The position numbers and the translations under genes are program-made. A stretch of DNA of 64,000 bases from an uncultured Actinomycetes bacterium. GTDB lineage: Bacteria > Actinomycetota > Thermoleophilia > Gaiellales > Gaiellaceae. Positions 10,101 through 21,700 of the stretch are shown here, piece by piece (the stretch's first letter is position 1; each line of letters starts with the position of its first letter). Location: NCBI GenBank assembly GCA_963850485.1, contig CAWKLR010000026.1, positions 43,883 to 107,882 of the forward strand, written 5' to 3'. The notes below the pieces were generated by a model. It was given only the letters and a program-made list of their open reading frames with translations. It had not been told where the DNA came from and ran no database searches.

Positions 10101-10762
10101 CGCCGCAGACCGAGCAGGCATGCTGCCGACGCAACGACGAGAGGAACGCCAGCGGGCGTCAAAGGGATCAGAACGAGCGTGATGGCGACGGCAACGAGCG
10201 CAGCCGCGACGGCCTTTCGTTCCCGCAGGTACGGCTTGGCCAGCGCGAGGAAGAGCGCAGCGAACGCGGCGTCGAGCCCGAGATCATTGGGATCGCCGAG
10301 GGCGCTGCCGACCACGGACCCGATCGCCGTGCTCGAGACCCAGAGCACATAGAGGAGCAGACCAGCCCCGACGAGAATCGGCCATTCGAACCGTCCCGAC
10401 CTTCCGGAAAGGGCCCAGGACTCGTCCACGATCAGCTGGGATTCGACGAACCGTCGCGGGCGGCTTCCAGGAAAGATGGATGCCGCGGCGACGCTCTGTC
10501 CGACATAACGGAGGTTGAGCAAGACCGCTGACACGACCGCAGCGAGCACGGTGCCACCGTCCTCCAACACCGCGACCGCCGCGAACTGCGCAGAGCCAGC
10601 GAAGGTCGTTGCGGACATCACGACCATGGCAACCGGACTCATCCCCGCCTCCTCGGCGACCACTCCGAAGGAGAGCCCGAAGAGCACTGGTCCGAGTACG
10701 AGCGGCAGGGCGGCGCGAGCGCCGTCGCGAACGCGAGGCGCAGGACGGCCGTCCGACGTCAC
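10097..10762 (-). CDS. azlC: AzlC-family branched-chain amino acid exporter subunit
   Basis: ...FGLSFGVVAEEAGMSPVAMVVMSATTFAGSAQFAAVAVL...LLNLRY... The start (GTG 10762) is uncertain. Confidence 0.8.
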   Translation of the reverse strand: MTSDGRPAPRVRDGARAALPLVLGPVLFGLSFGVVAEEAGMSPVAMVVMSATTFAGSAQFAAVAVLEDGGTVLAAVVSAVLLNLRYVGQSVAAASIFPGSRPRRFVESQLIVDESWALSGRSGRFEWPILVGAGLLLYVLWVSSTAIGSVVGSALGDPNDLGLDAAFAALFLALAKPYLRERKAVAAALVAVAITLVLIPLTPAGVPLVVASAACLLGLRR

Positions 10763-10812
10763 TCTCCGAACGTAGCAGCGGCCGGCCGTCGTTCGTCCGC
10801 GACAATGCGAGC

Positions 10813-11859
10813 GTGCTCGACCTCGCGACCCTCGGCTGGGACGGTGACTGGGCCGAGGCGTTCGCACTCCATCGTGCCGCGGAGCTCGAGCCCGGCAGGG
10901 TCGCGGTCCAGCATCGCGGCGAATACGACGTTCTCACCGAGCGCGGAGAGATGCGTGCTCGTCTGCCCACTCGCACGCGACGCGACATCGAGGCACGCGC
11001 GGAGCTTCCCGTGGTCGGCGACTGGGTCGCGCTCGATCCCGCGGAGGATCCCCTGCCGACGATACGTGCGGTTCTCCCCCGTCGTACGAAGTTCTCCCGG
11101 CGCGCGGCGCACGAGCCGGGCTCGGACGATGTGCGGGAGCAGGTCGTCGCGGCGAACGTCGATGTCGTGTTCATCGTCGCCGCGATCAGCGAGCAGGTCA
11201 GTCGCGGACTCCTCGAGCGCTACCTCACCCTGGCCTGGGAGAGCGGAGCGCAGCCCGTGCTGCTTCTCACGAAGGCCGACCTCGTACCGGACGTCGATGT
11301 CGACGAGACAGCCGCCGAGCTGGCGGAGCTCGGGATCCCCGTGCACGGCGTATCGGTTCGCACGAAAGTGGGTCTCGAGGATGTCCGCGCCTACCTCGAC
11401 CCTGGAGTGACGGGCGCTCTGCTCGGTCCGTCCGGCGTGGGAAAGTCCACCCTTGTCAACGCCCTGGCCGGCGAGGATCTCCTCGCGACAGGGTCCGTCC
11501 GGTCGGACGGCTCGGGCAGGCACACCACGACGCGGCGAGAGCTCATCGTCCTGTCGAGTGGAGGGCTCATCGTCGACAACCCAGGCATGCGAGAGCTCCA
11601 CCTCTGGGTTGCTTCCGATGGGCTCGAAGAGACGTTCGACGACATCGTCGCGCTCGAGGCCCAGTGCCGGTTCACGGACTGTCGACACGAGACCGAGCCG
11701 GGCTGTGCAGTGCAAGCGGCACTTGCCGACGGGCTCCTCGCAAGGGAGCGCTGGCAGCGCTATCGCGAGCTCGAGCGCGAGCTCGCCGAGCTCGACGAGA
11801 AGCTCGTTCGTCGTGGGCGCTCCCGCGCCCGGCGCAGTCGGCCGGACGCGGGAGCCTGA
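10813..11859 (+). CDS. rsgA: ribosome small-subunit-dependent GTPase RsgA
   Basis: Circularly permuted GTPase motifs (LLTKADL, GPSGVGKSTLVNAL). C-terminal zinc knuckle CRFTDCRHETEPGCAV. GTG start at 10813 inside ORF 10609..11859. Confidence 0.9.
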   Translation: MLDLATLGWDGDWAEAFALHRAAELEPGRVAVQHRGEYDVLTERGEMRARLPTRTRRDIEARAELPVVGDWVALDPAEDPLPTIRAVLPRRTKFSRRAAHEPGSDDVREQVVAANVDVVFIVAAISEQVSRGLLERYLTLAWESGAQPVLLLTKADLVPDVDVDETAAELAELGIPVHGVSVRTKVGLEDVRAYLDPGVTGALLGPSGVGKSTLVNALAGEDLLATGSVRSDGSGRHTTTRRELIVLSSGGLIVDNPGMRELHLWVASDGLEETFDDIVALEAQCRFTDCRHETEPGCAVQAALADGLLARERWQRYRELERELAELDEKLVRRGRSRARRSRPDAGA

Positions 11860-11865
11860 TTGCCG

Positions 11866-12901
11866 TTAGGAGGACGCGATGTTGGCGGCTCCTTTCGTGA
11901 GGGTCGTCGTGAACGCCCAGTCCGTAGCCGCGTTGTTCGAATCGCTGCCGTTCGGGATCCGCGACAGCGAGCCGGCGACCGTGTTCGAATCGACGACGCT
12001 TTCATCGAGTGCGGTGCCTTCGACGAGGTTGTACGTCTGTCCGTCGATGACCGCCGCAGTGATCCCGCCCTCGTACGAGAGCGCGTCCAGTAGCGCCTTC
12101 GACGCGGTGTCGATGAGCGCCACCCCGTCGGGCGCGCCGTTCTGCGCCTCGATGTCGAGCGCCAGGTAGGACCCGGCGGCAAGCGAGCCCGTGAGCGCGA
12201 CCCGCGCGTACTCCGAGCCGTCTCCACCGTTCACGAGCACGAGCGCCAGACCGTCGAGCGACCTCGCTGACGTGGTCGTGTTGGCGATCTCGACGAACCC
12301 GCCCGAGTCAGCCCCTACCTGGTCGTAGTCGATCTCGTTGATGACGAGACCGCCGGTCGGAGGAGGCGGAGGCGGCGGAGGAGCACCGCCCGCGCACGTG
12401 AGCGCGACGAGACCGCCCGCCCCGGTCGAGACGTCCACCGTGCCGGCGGATCCGTCCTGCCGCGTGCACGCCACGCCCTCGAGCGCGTTCAGCGAGTCGA
12501 GAGCGGGACCCTGGGGCCCGCGCGGCCCGGCAGGTCCCGGCGGGACCCGCAGCTCCAGCCGGGCCTACTGCGCCTGCGGGTCCGACTGGGCCCGCTGGAC
12601 CGGCCGACCCTGCAGGCCCTGCCGCACCGGCGGGTCCTGCTGGGCCTCGCGCGCCGGCTGGGCCGATCTCGCCCGCCGGACCCGCGGGACCGGCTGGGCC
12701 GACCTGGCCGTTCTTGCTCCAGGTCACCACGCGTTCTCCCACCTTGCACTTCGACGCATCGCTCACGATGCGGAGGTACTTCTTCTGGCAGGCCGTGATG
12801 GTGTCTTGGTTTCGCGATGTGGCCGAGCCGGTGGCCAGGGCAGTGGCGCCACCCGCCAGTCCGAGCGCGACCAATCCCACGGCAATCGTGCGTACGTGCA
12901 C
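11866..12901 (-). CDS. secreted collagen-like (Gly-X-Y) repeat protein with C-terminal lamin-tail (LTD) domain, frame broken at ~12533-12541
   Basis: ORF 12308..12976(-): signal peptide VHVRTIAVGLVALGLAGGATALA, then GPAGPAGPAGEIGPAGARGPAGPAGAAGPAGSAGPAGPVGPAGAVGPAGAAGPAG. The Gly-X-Y register continues (PGPAGPRGPQGPA) in the frame of ORF 11866..12474(-), which carries LVINEIDYDQ...FVEI...LVLVNG. Confidence 0.7.
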
Positions 12902-13080
12902 GCATCCTCCCTTCGTCGGTGTCGCACCGGTGGTAGTCGCGGAGGTGGCGCGACGCCAGATGTCCCGATACGACACGTGCCCGGGAAAAGCGCATGGCTC
13001 TGCGAGCCTGTGGAAATCTCGTCACCGACTCGTTACGGGATGGCGAGGGAAGCAGGCGATGAGCGAGAATTCGTAACGCT

Positions 13081-13446
13081 ATGCCGACGGAGCCGCTCAG
13101 CCCCGAGCTCGCACTCATCGACCCCGATCTCGGCGCGCGCGCGCGCGCCGCGCTCCCGGAACGCGGCCATGGCCCGGCGCGGCCGCGACCCGCGGCTACC
13201 GCACCTCCCCTGCCGGCCGGCGCCCCTGTGGCGAGCGCCGAGACGCGGCCCTACCCGATCTGGGCGCGCCTGACGGCCGCACTCTGGCTGCTCGTCCTCG
13301 GAATGCTCATCGGCGGCACCGCGATTCCGCACGCGCAGGATCGCCCACGCGTCGTCCCGCCTGGCGAGGACGTCACGATCTGCCCCCGCCCGACCGAGCG
13401 GTCCACGCCCGATCAGCTGCCTCCCGGCCAGCCGCTCGGCCCGTAG
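13081..13446 (+). CDS. hypothetical Pro-rich single-TM protein
   Basis: 121-aa ORF with one hydrophobic helix (LTAALWLLVLGMLIGGTAI). No recognisable family. Confidence 0.35.
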   Translation: MPTEPLSPELALIDPDLGARARAALPERGHGPARPRPAATAPPLPAGAPVASAETRPYPIWARLTAALWLLVLGMLIGGTAIPHAQDRPRVVPPGEDVTICPRPTERSTPDQLPPGQPLGP

Positions 13447-13486
13447 CGGTACGGGCCGCCGTCCCTGGCTACAATCCGGCCTGCCC

Positions 13487-13559
13487 GGGGCTATAGCTCA
13501 GTTGGGAGAGCGCCTGGATCGCACCCAGGAGGTCGGCGGTTCGAGCCCGCCTAGCTCCA
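13487..13559 (+). tRNA. tRNA-Ala (anticodon CGC)
   Basis: GGGGCTATAGCTCAGTTGGGAGAGCGCCTGGATCGCACCCAGGAGGTCGGCGGTTCGAGCCCGCCTAGCTCCA. G3:U70 pair, cloverleaf folds, anticodon loop ATCGCAC. Confidence 0.95.
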
Positions 13560-13629
13560 TCGTCGTCAGCAGATCTCTGCCGGGTTCCGGCTGGATCCAA
13601 CCGGGCAACCGCAGGTAGCGTGCGCGGGC

Positions 13630-14049
13630 ATGCACGCCGCGGTTCGCGACTACTTGGACGGTATCTCGTCCGCGAGGCGCCAACGCGACGCCGAGACCAT
13701 GGTCGACCTGATCGAGCGCGCGACCGGCCAGGAGCCCAGGATGTGGGGCAGCATCGTAGGGTTCGGCGAGTATCACTACCGCTACGAGAGCGGACGCGAG
13801 GGTGATGCACCGGCTGCCGGGTTCGCCGCCCGCAAGTCCGCGACCACCGTCTACGTCGCCGACGGCGTGGGTGCCCACGGCGATCTGCTGCAAGGGCTCG
13901 GGCCGCATACCACGGGAGTCGGGTGCATCTACATGAAGGATCTGACCGCAGTCGATCTCGAGATCCTCGCGGCCATCGTTGCCCGCTCGTACGCGACCGT
14001 CACAGCCGGCATGTACTTACAGCGAGCGCGCGAGGGTGGCACGAGCTAG
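13630..14049 (+). CDS. DUF1801 (YdhG-like) domain protein
   Basis: 139 aa. Pattern ...MWGSIVGFGEYHYRYESGREGDAPAAGFAARKSATTVYV... is typical of the family as I recall it. Confidence 0.6.
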   Translation: MHAAVRDYLDGISSARRQRDAETMVDLIERATGQEPRMWGSIVGFGEYHYRYESGREGDAPAAGFAARKSATTVYVADGVGAHGDLLQGLGPHTTGVGCIYMKDLTAVDLEILAAIVARSYATVTAGMYLQRAREGGTS

Positions 14050-14066
14050 AAGCCCGCAACGTTCGG

Positions 14067-15044
14067 TCAGCGCACGGTGTACGGCCCAGTCGAGACTGCG
14101 TGGTACCCCTTCGAGCCGATCGCGACGGCAAGTGGGCTGCGAGGATCTTCGCCCGCTGAGAGCGCGTCGAGCGCCCGGCGGAAGTCGTAGCGGGGAGTCC
14201 AGCCGAGATCGGTCCGCGCACGAGCGTTCACGTACACGCGATCGACGCTCGAGAACATACTCCAGCCGAGCTGCTCGTAGACCTCCTGACAGTCGGGGAA
14301 CAGCCGCGTAACGACCGACGGAGCGTCGACCGCGAGCTCCTGAAGATCATCCCGCGTGAACGGCGTGGTCGCGCTGACGATATAGCGGCCGAAGCCAAGC
14401 GCAGGAGCATGCTCGAGTGCGAGCCGGTGCGCGCTCACGACGTCCTCGATGTCGACTCTGCGGTAGAGGAGCTCGTTGACCTTGAGGTTGGCGTCGTCGT
14501 AGGCGTTTCGCACCTCTTCGCGATCGTCGGCCTCCGGGAAGAAGCGTGACGTCCGCAGGATCAGGCAGGGCAACCCGTGGTCGCGATGGACGAGCTCGCA
14601 GAGATCCTCCGCCGCGGTCTTCGTGACGCCGTAGACGTTCCTGGGGATCGGCGCGACGTCCTCGGTGATCCACGCAGCCGGCTCCGCGGCGAGCGGCGTG
14701 AGCGCCCGGCCGAAGGCGCTCGTCGTGCTCGTGTAGACGAAGCGGCCGACACTCGCGGCGACGGCCTCCTCGAGCAGGTTGAGCGTGCCCGTGACGTTCG
14801 TGTCCAGGAAAACCTGCCGGTTGTGAGATCCAACATGCGGCTTGTGCAGCGTCGCCGTGTGCACGATCGCGTCCACGCCCTCGACGCAGCTCCGGACGAA
14901 CTCGCGGTCGACGATCGACCCCACCACAGCGGTGTACTCGGACTCCAGTAGATCGAGCCCCACGACCTCTGCTCCGTCGGAACGAAGGACGCGCACGAGT
15001 GCCTCGCCGAGGTGACCAGAGCTACCGGTGACGAGGATTCTCAC
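14067..15044 (-). CDS. NAD-dependent epimerase/dehydratase family protein
   Basis: VRILVTGSSGHLGEALV (GxxGxxG) and YGVTKTAAE (YxxxK). GTG start at 15044 inside ORF 14067..15239(-). Confidence 0.85.
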   Translation of the reverse strand: MRILVTGSSGHLGEALVRVLRSDGAEVVGLDLLESEYTAVVGSIVDREFVRSCVEGVDAIVHTATLHKPHVGSHNRQVFLDTNVTGTLNLLEEAVAASVGRFVYTSTTSAFGRALTPLAAEPAAWITEDVAPIPRNVYGVTKTAAEDLCELVHRDHGLPCLILRTSRFFPEADDREEVRNAYDDANLKVNELLYRRVDIEDVVSAHRLALEHAPALGFGRYIVSATTPFTRDDLQELAVDAPSVVTRLFPDCQEVYEQLGWSMFSSVDRVYVNARARTDLGWTPRYDFRRALDALSAGEDPRSPLAVAIGSKGYHAVSTGPYTVR

Positions 15045-15060
15045 GCTGCGAGTGTCGCAC

Positions 15061-16107
15061 TCAAGCGTGGAACGCAGCGAGCCGATCCGCCTCTTCGCGC
15101 ACTTCGCGTAGCGCCGCGCGGTCGAGTCGCTCGAACGGCGTGGTCTGGACGCTGCCCGCGTCGTAGCGCCATGTTCCCGCGACTGCTCCGTCGACCAGAA
15201 ACGTGCCCACCGAGTGAGGGGTCTTCGTGGAGAACACAAGCGGGCGGTACTTCTCCGGCAGGATCCCGCTGCGGCGGGCGTGGACGAGCAGCGTCGCGTC
15301 CCACGTCGGCAGGAAGCGAACGGGAGCGGGCGTCTCCTGGTCCGGGAGCGGCGCCCGCGGGACGTCCAGAAGCTCCTTGCCCAGCTCGTCGCGGAAGCGC
15401 CTGAGCGTCATGCGCGTGAGCACGGGATCGAGCCGCGGCCTCGAGACCTTCGACCAGCTCGCGATGTCGTTCCGCGACGCCGGTCCGAATCCGCCGAGAT
15501 ACCGCCGTACGAGGTGCTCGATCCCATCCTCCTCGGACGCCTCCAGCGTCCCCACCCACTCTTCGGCGAGCGCGAAGAGATGCGCGCGACGCTGCTCCCA
15601 CGTGCCCGAAGGCGGCACGCGGACTACGTCGAGCCAGTGCGCGAATCCCCACGAGCTCGCGTGCGGGAATTCGTTCGAACGCAGGAACTCCTCGATCTCA
15701 GCGCGGCTCCTGACCGACCCGAGCAGAAATCGACGTGCGCGCCCGGCGAACGCGCGCATGTCCACATCGGCCGGCACCTTGTTCACCCGGCTCCACCACT
15801 CCTGGCCGGACCGGCGGATCCCGGCCGCGAGCAGCGCGTAATCCCGCTTCGAGACGACGTGGATCGTCTCGCGCATCAGCGTCCCCTGGATGACGCTCCG
15901 TCGCTCGAGCGCGCGCGTCAGATCGTCCCGTCGAAACCCCTCCAGGCAGGACCACAGCCGGATATAGGCATTCGGCGCGTACTGGTTCTGGATGCCGCCG
16001 ATCCGCTCGAGCGCTCTCGGGATCGGCAGGTGCGCGCGTTCGAGCAAGAGCTGGCGCGCGAGGAGTGCTCGGTTCAACTCTCGCTGGGAGAGGATGCGCT
16101 CCGCCAC
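15061..16107 (-). CDS. winged-helix DNA-binding protein, YcaQ/DUF1006-like
   Basis: Intact 348 aa. N-terminal ...LNRALLARQLLLERAHLPIPRALERIGGIQNQYAPNAYIRLWSCLEGF... matches my memory of the YcaQ-type crosslink-repair glycosylase family. Confidence 0.65.
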   Translation of the reverse strand: MAERILSQRELNRALLARQLLLERAHLPIPRALERIGGIQNQYAPNAYIRLWSCLEGFRRDDLTRALERRSVIQGTLMRETIHVVSKRDYALLAAGIRRSGQEWWSRVNKVPADVDMRAFAGRARRFLLGSVRSRAEIEEFLRSNEFPHASSWGFAHWLDVVRVPPSGTWEQRRAHLFALAEEWVGTLEASEEDGIEHLVRRYLGGFGPASRNDIASWSKVSRPRLDPVLTRMTLRRFRDELGKELLDVPRAPLPDQETPAPVRFLPTWDATLLVHARRSGILPEKYRPLVFSTKTPHSVGTFLVDGAVAGTWRYDAGSVQTTPFERLDRAALREVREEADRLAAFHA

Positions 16108-16116
16108 GACTCGACG

Positions 16117-16409
16117 CTAGCCGAGCGCCCCCTGTCTCGGTGTCCGCTGGGCAAGCGCGATCCCGCCGACGACGAGCACGGCCCCGAGAACGAGCCAGAA
16201 CGACAGCTCCTCGCCCAGCACCGCCGCCGCGATGAGCACCGCGAGCGGCGAGATCGCGTACGTGTACGCGAGCCGGCCCAGACCACCACCACGGCGATCA
16301 GCGAGAAGTGCGCGCGGGTTGCCACTGAACGGGTCAACGCGGAGAACGGCTCCATCGTGAGCTGACCAACGCAGCGCGGGTCGCATGCTTCCGCGAGATC
16401 GTCGGGCAA
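16117..16409 (-). pseudogene. 5'-truncated EamA/DMT transporter remnant
   Basis: ORF 16117..16386(-) ends ...AYTYAISPLAVLIAAAVLGEELSFWLVLGAVLVVGGIALAQR, a typical EamA C-terminus. The preceding helix is in another frame (ORF 16074..16409). No N-terminal half is present. Confidence 0.4.
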
Positions 16410-16461
16410 TAGCCCTCTACGGGGCTATTTCGCGAGGGCAAGCCAGTCGATGTAGACCCTC

Positions 16462-16740
16462 ATGGGCCACAACCGAGACGAATGGAACGCGGAGGCCGTC
16501 GTGATCGCATTCCAGCCGTGGGAGATCGACGTCATCGCACGTGGCCTCGGTCGCCTCGCCCAGCTCGCAGATGCGAACCCGGCGCGATATGGCCTCTTCG
16601 GCCATGGCGCCCAACCCGCCCTGGCCGTCGGCGAGAAGATCGACCAGGTGCTCGAGTATCAGGGCCACGGGGGTATCGAGGACTTGCGGAACCGCGTCGA
16701 GGAACGGCGTGGCTACGAGCTCGACCCGAGCGCCGGCTGA
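16462..16740 (+). CDS. hypothetical protein
   Basis: 92-aa ORF with strong G/C third-position bias and balanced composition. Preferred over the antisense ORF 16417..16827. Confidence 0.4.
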   Translation: MGHNRDEWNAEAVVIAFQPWEIDVIARGLGRLAQLADANPARYGLFGHGAQPALAVGEKIDQVLEYQGHGGIEDLRNRVEERRGYELDPSAG

Positions 16741-16774
16741 CCGTACTAGCTCGACGCGCAATACTTCTCTCGCA

Positions 16775-17407
16775 GTGCTGGAAAGCTTGACCGCCTTCGT
16801 CGCCGTGTCCGCGGTGGTCATCTGCACGCCCGGTCAGGACACGGCGCTCACGATCAGGAACACCCTGGCAGGCGGGCGCCGGAGCGGTATCGCCACCGCG
16901 CTCGGCGTCGCGGGCGGACAGGCCGTGTGGACGCTCGCGGCGAGCGCGGGTGTCGTTGCGCTGCTCAGCGCCTCGGAGCCGGCGTTTCGCGCGCTCAAGC
17001 TCGCGGGCGCGGCCTACCTCGTCTATCTCGGAGCGCAGTCGCTCGTCGCAGCGGTGCGCCGGCGGGACGGCGGTGCCTTGCAACAGACTGTTACAAGGTC
17101 GGCTGATCTGTCCTCCTCACGGGCGTTTCGTCAAGGTGCGATCAGCAACCTCGGCAACCCGAAGATGGCGGTGTTCTTCGCGAGCCTGCTGCCCCAGTTC
17201 GCACCCGGAGGAAGCACGTCGTTCCTCGTGCTCTTCGCGCTCGGACTGCTCTTCTGCGCAATGACGCTTGCATGGCTGACGCTCTATGCGGTGGCGGTCG
17301 CGAGGGCGCGATCGCTCTTCGCGGGGCCGGTCCGGCGTGCGCTCGATGCGGTGACGGGCCTCGTGTTGGTCGTGCTCGGCCTGCGGCTCGCGAACGAAGC
17401 TCGCTAA
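16775..17407 (+). CDS. LysE/RhtB-family amino acid exporter
   Basis: VLESLTAFVAVSAVVICTPGQDTALTIRNTLAGG...NLGNPKMAVFFASLLPQF. GTG 16775 inside ORF 16541..17407. Confidence 0.85.
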   Translation: MLESLTAFVAVSAVVICTPGQDTALTIRNTLAGGRRSGIATALGVAGGQAVWTLAASAGVVALLSASEPAFRALKLAGAAYLVYLGAQSLVAAVRRRDGGALQQTVTRSADLSSSRAFRQGAISNLGNPKMAVFFASLLPQFAPGGSTSFLVLFALGLLFCAMTLAWLTLYAVAVARARSLFAGPVRRALDAVTGLVLVVLGLRLANEAR

Positions 17408-17702
17408 CGCGCCCGGGCGAAACGGTGAACCGCCTCGAGCAGCTCCTTGCTCTTCGCTCCTGCCTCGGCGGCATCCCCCGACGCGAGCGCTCCCGCCACG
17501 CAGTGGTTCACGTGATCGTCGAGGATGCGGAAGGCGACGCTCTCGAGCGCGGTCGTCACCGCGGAGATCTGCGTCAGGATGTCGATGCAATAGCGGTCGT
17601 CGTCGACCATGCGCTCGATGCCGCGCACCTGTCCTTCGATCCGGTGCAGCCGGCGGACGAGCGCTTCCTTGTCGGCGACGTACCCGTGCGTTTCCGTCTC
17701 GC

Positions 17703-17706
<4 letters not shown>
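17404..17706 (-). CDS. csoR: CsoR-family copper-sensing transcriptional repressor
   Basis: [70 protein letters not shown] (C-H-C ligand pattern). ATGA overlap with the copA stop. Confidence 0.85.
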
Positions 17707-19807
<2,101 letters not shown>

Positions 19808-19811
<4 letters not shown>

Positions 19812-20005
19812 GCGACGTCGTAACCTGCTTCCGCGATCGCCGCCCGCAGCGCGGCGTCGTCGAGCGGATCGCCATGGATCGTGACGCGTTTCGCGTCCAG
19901 ATCGACCTCGACCTCGTCGACGCCGTCCACTTCGGAAACCTCCTCGCGAATCGACAGCGCGCAATGCGCGCAATGGATCGCGGGAACGCTGTACGTGATG
20001 TCCAC
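19808..20005 (-). CDS. copZ: copper chaperone CopZ (HMA domain)
   Basis: [45 protein letters not shown]... GGAGG then GTG at 20005. Confidence 0.85.
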
Positions 20006-20037
20006 CGGCCTCCTCTCGTCTCGGCTACCGCGAGGAG

Positions 20038-20056
20038 TATACCCCATCAGGGTATA
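20038..20056. promoter_or_regulatory. candidate CsoR operator upstream of copZ
   Basis: Perfect inverted repeat TATACCC-CATCA-GGGTATA 33 nt upstream of the copZ start. Resembles the GC-rich-core, AT-flanked CsoR operators known from other bacteria. Confidence 0.6.
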
Positions 20057-20328
20057 AGTGAACCCCGCTTTTCGTACAGCCGTCCGGCGCGAATCGTCTC
20101 GGCCATCGCCTTCGACTCCTCGCGGTACCAGCTGCCGTCCTCGAACTCGATCGCAGGGAGGTAATGCTGCCCCGTGTGCTCGATGACGTCCTTGCGCCTG
20201 CCGCGCGGGTATGTCGGCTCGATCACGTTCTCGTACTCGACCCCCTGCTCGTCGAGCGCCTGCTGAACCGTCCAACACGCCCCGACCTTGACCTTGAACC
20301 TGCAGCGGTGAAACTTGACCGAGATCAG
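20047..20328 (-). CDS. glutaredoxin/GST-N-like small protein, start codon unresolved
   Basis: ...KFHRCRFKVKVGACWTVQQALDEQGVEYENVIEP...HYLPAIEFEDGSWYREESKAMAETI. No ATG/GTG/TTG between the upstream stop (20325) and the conserved core. Confidence 0.5.
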   Translation of the reverse strand: MISVKFHRCRFKVKVGACWTVQQALDEQGVEYENVIEPTYPRGRRKDVIEHTGQHYLPAIEFEDGSWYREESKAMAETIRAGRLYEKRGSLIP

Positions 20329-20991
20329 AGGCCTTCGATCCGACTGGCGCCGACGATCGCCTCGTCGCCGCCGGCGAGACGTACGAGCGCCTTCCCCTTG
20401 CCGTCGTAGTCCGGCGACCACACCACGAGCGTCGCGTCCTCTCCGTGCACGCGGCACGCGCGACCGTCCTCCGAGTCGAGTCCGCGCCAGAAGCGGACGA
20501 AGGGATTCGCTTCCCACTCGCGGCCGATCGTCGTCTCCTCGGTGTGGCCCGGGAGCACACGAACCTCGTGCGGAAGCGCCATCAGCACGTCCATCACCGA
20601 GCGCCTGACCTCGTCGGCCGCGCCGCCCCCAACCGAGTCCTTGAACAGCGTGTCGCCGGTGAAGCAGAGCTCGTTTCCGAGGACGAACGAGACCCCGTCC
20701 TCGGAGTGCCCGGGCGTCGCGACCACCTCGATTCGCAGGTCGCCCGTCTCGACCGCGCCCGTCGTCACCTCGAGCCCGAACCGGCGGACGAGCTCGTCGT
20801 TTCCTGCGACGTGATCGGCGTGGTCGTGCGTGATCAGCAGATGGGTGGGTTTGAGGCCGTCGCGCTCGACCACGGAGACGAAGCTGCTCGAGCGGTGCGC
20901 CCGAGTCGACGAACACGGCGGTTCCGTTCTCGTCCGCGAGCAGATAGGCGTTCGAGAGCCACGACGGGTGCATGCTGCGTTCGACGAGCAT
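20325..20991 (-). CDS. MBL-fold metallo-hydrolase, frame broken near 20880-20895
   Basis: N-terminus MLVERSMHPSWLSNAYLLADENGTAVFVDSGAPLEQ in the frame of ORF 20047..20991. The rest, FVSVVERDGLKPTHLLITHDHADHVAG...ATPGHSEDGVSF..., is in ORF 20325..21092. Confidence 0.75.
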
Positions 20992-21073
20992 GGACAGATG
21001 GTACGGGAGAGGATCGCGCGGGCATGAGAGAATCGAGCTCGCGTCCGTTTCACCGCCGGTCGAAGGAGGTCAG

Positions 21074-21700
21074 ATGAGCGGAAGTCCCGCAAGTACGGTG
21101 GACACGGTGTTCGAAGATCGCGAGGTGCTGCGCTCGGCCTCCGGGGTCTGGTGGCTGTTCCTTCTCACCGGGCTCGCATGGCTCGTTTTCTCGGTGATCG
21201 TCTTCCGCTTCGACATCACGAGCGTGCGGTCGATCGGCATCCTCTTCGGCGCGATCGCGATCGTCGCCGGTGTCAACGAGTTCCTCGCCGTCGTCGTGTC
21301 GACGATCGGCTGGAAGTTCGTGCACGGCATCCTGGGCGTGGCCTTCATCCTGATCGGACTCTTCGCGTTCATCGAGCCGGGGAGCGCGTTCGCAGCACTG
21401 GCCTCGGTGATCGGCTTCTACTTCCTCGTCAAGGGGGTCTTCGACATCGCCGTTGCGATCACGACGAAGGGTGAGTTCGATCTCTGGTGGCTCCAGCTTC
21501 TCGCCGGCATCCTCGAAATCGCGCTCGCGTTCTGGGTGTCCGGGAACTTCGAGCAGAAGGCGACCCTGCTCCTCGTCTACACCGGGCTCGTCGCGCTCTC
21601 GAAGGGAGTGACCGAGCTCTTCCTCGCGTTCAAGCTCAGGAGCCTGCGAACGCACTCTCGAGACTGTCTGAGACTCGTTTTGGTTAGGATCGAAGCCAGG
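21074..21700 (+). CDS. HdeD/DUF308-family membrane protein (no in-frame stop before the next gene)
   Basis: GAAGGAGG then ATG at 21074. MSGSPAST...VWWLFLLTGLAWLVFSVIVF...SIGILFGAIAIVAGVNEF... and six hydrophobic helices. The frame reads straight into the cytochrome c gene. Confidence 0.65.

Noticed and set aside
12902-13080. Possible riboswitch or leader in the 180-nt 5' region of the collagen-like gene
   Set aside because: Only a short hairpin (GGCTC-GCA-GAGCC) is visible. I see no match to any riboswitch consensus I can recall.
16417-16827. Minus-strand ORF of 136 aa
   Set aside because: The overlapping plus-strand ORF 16462..16740 has better third-position GC bias and composition. The 5' part also overlaps the LysE gene start region.
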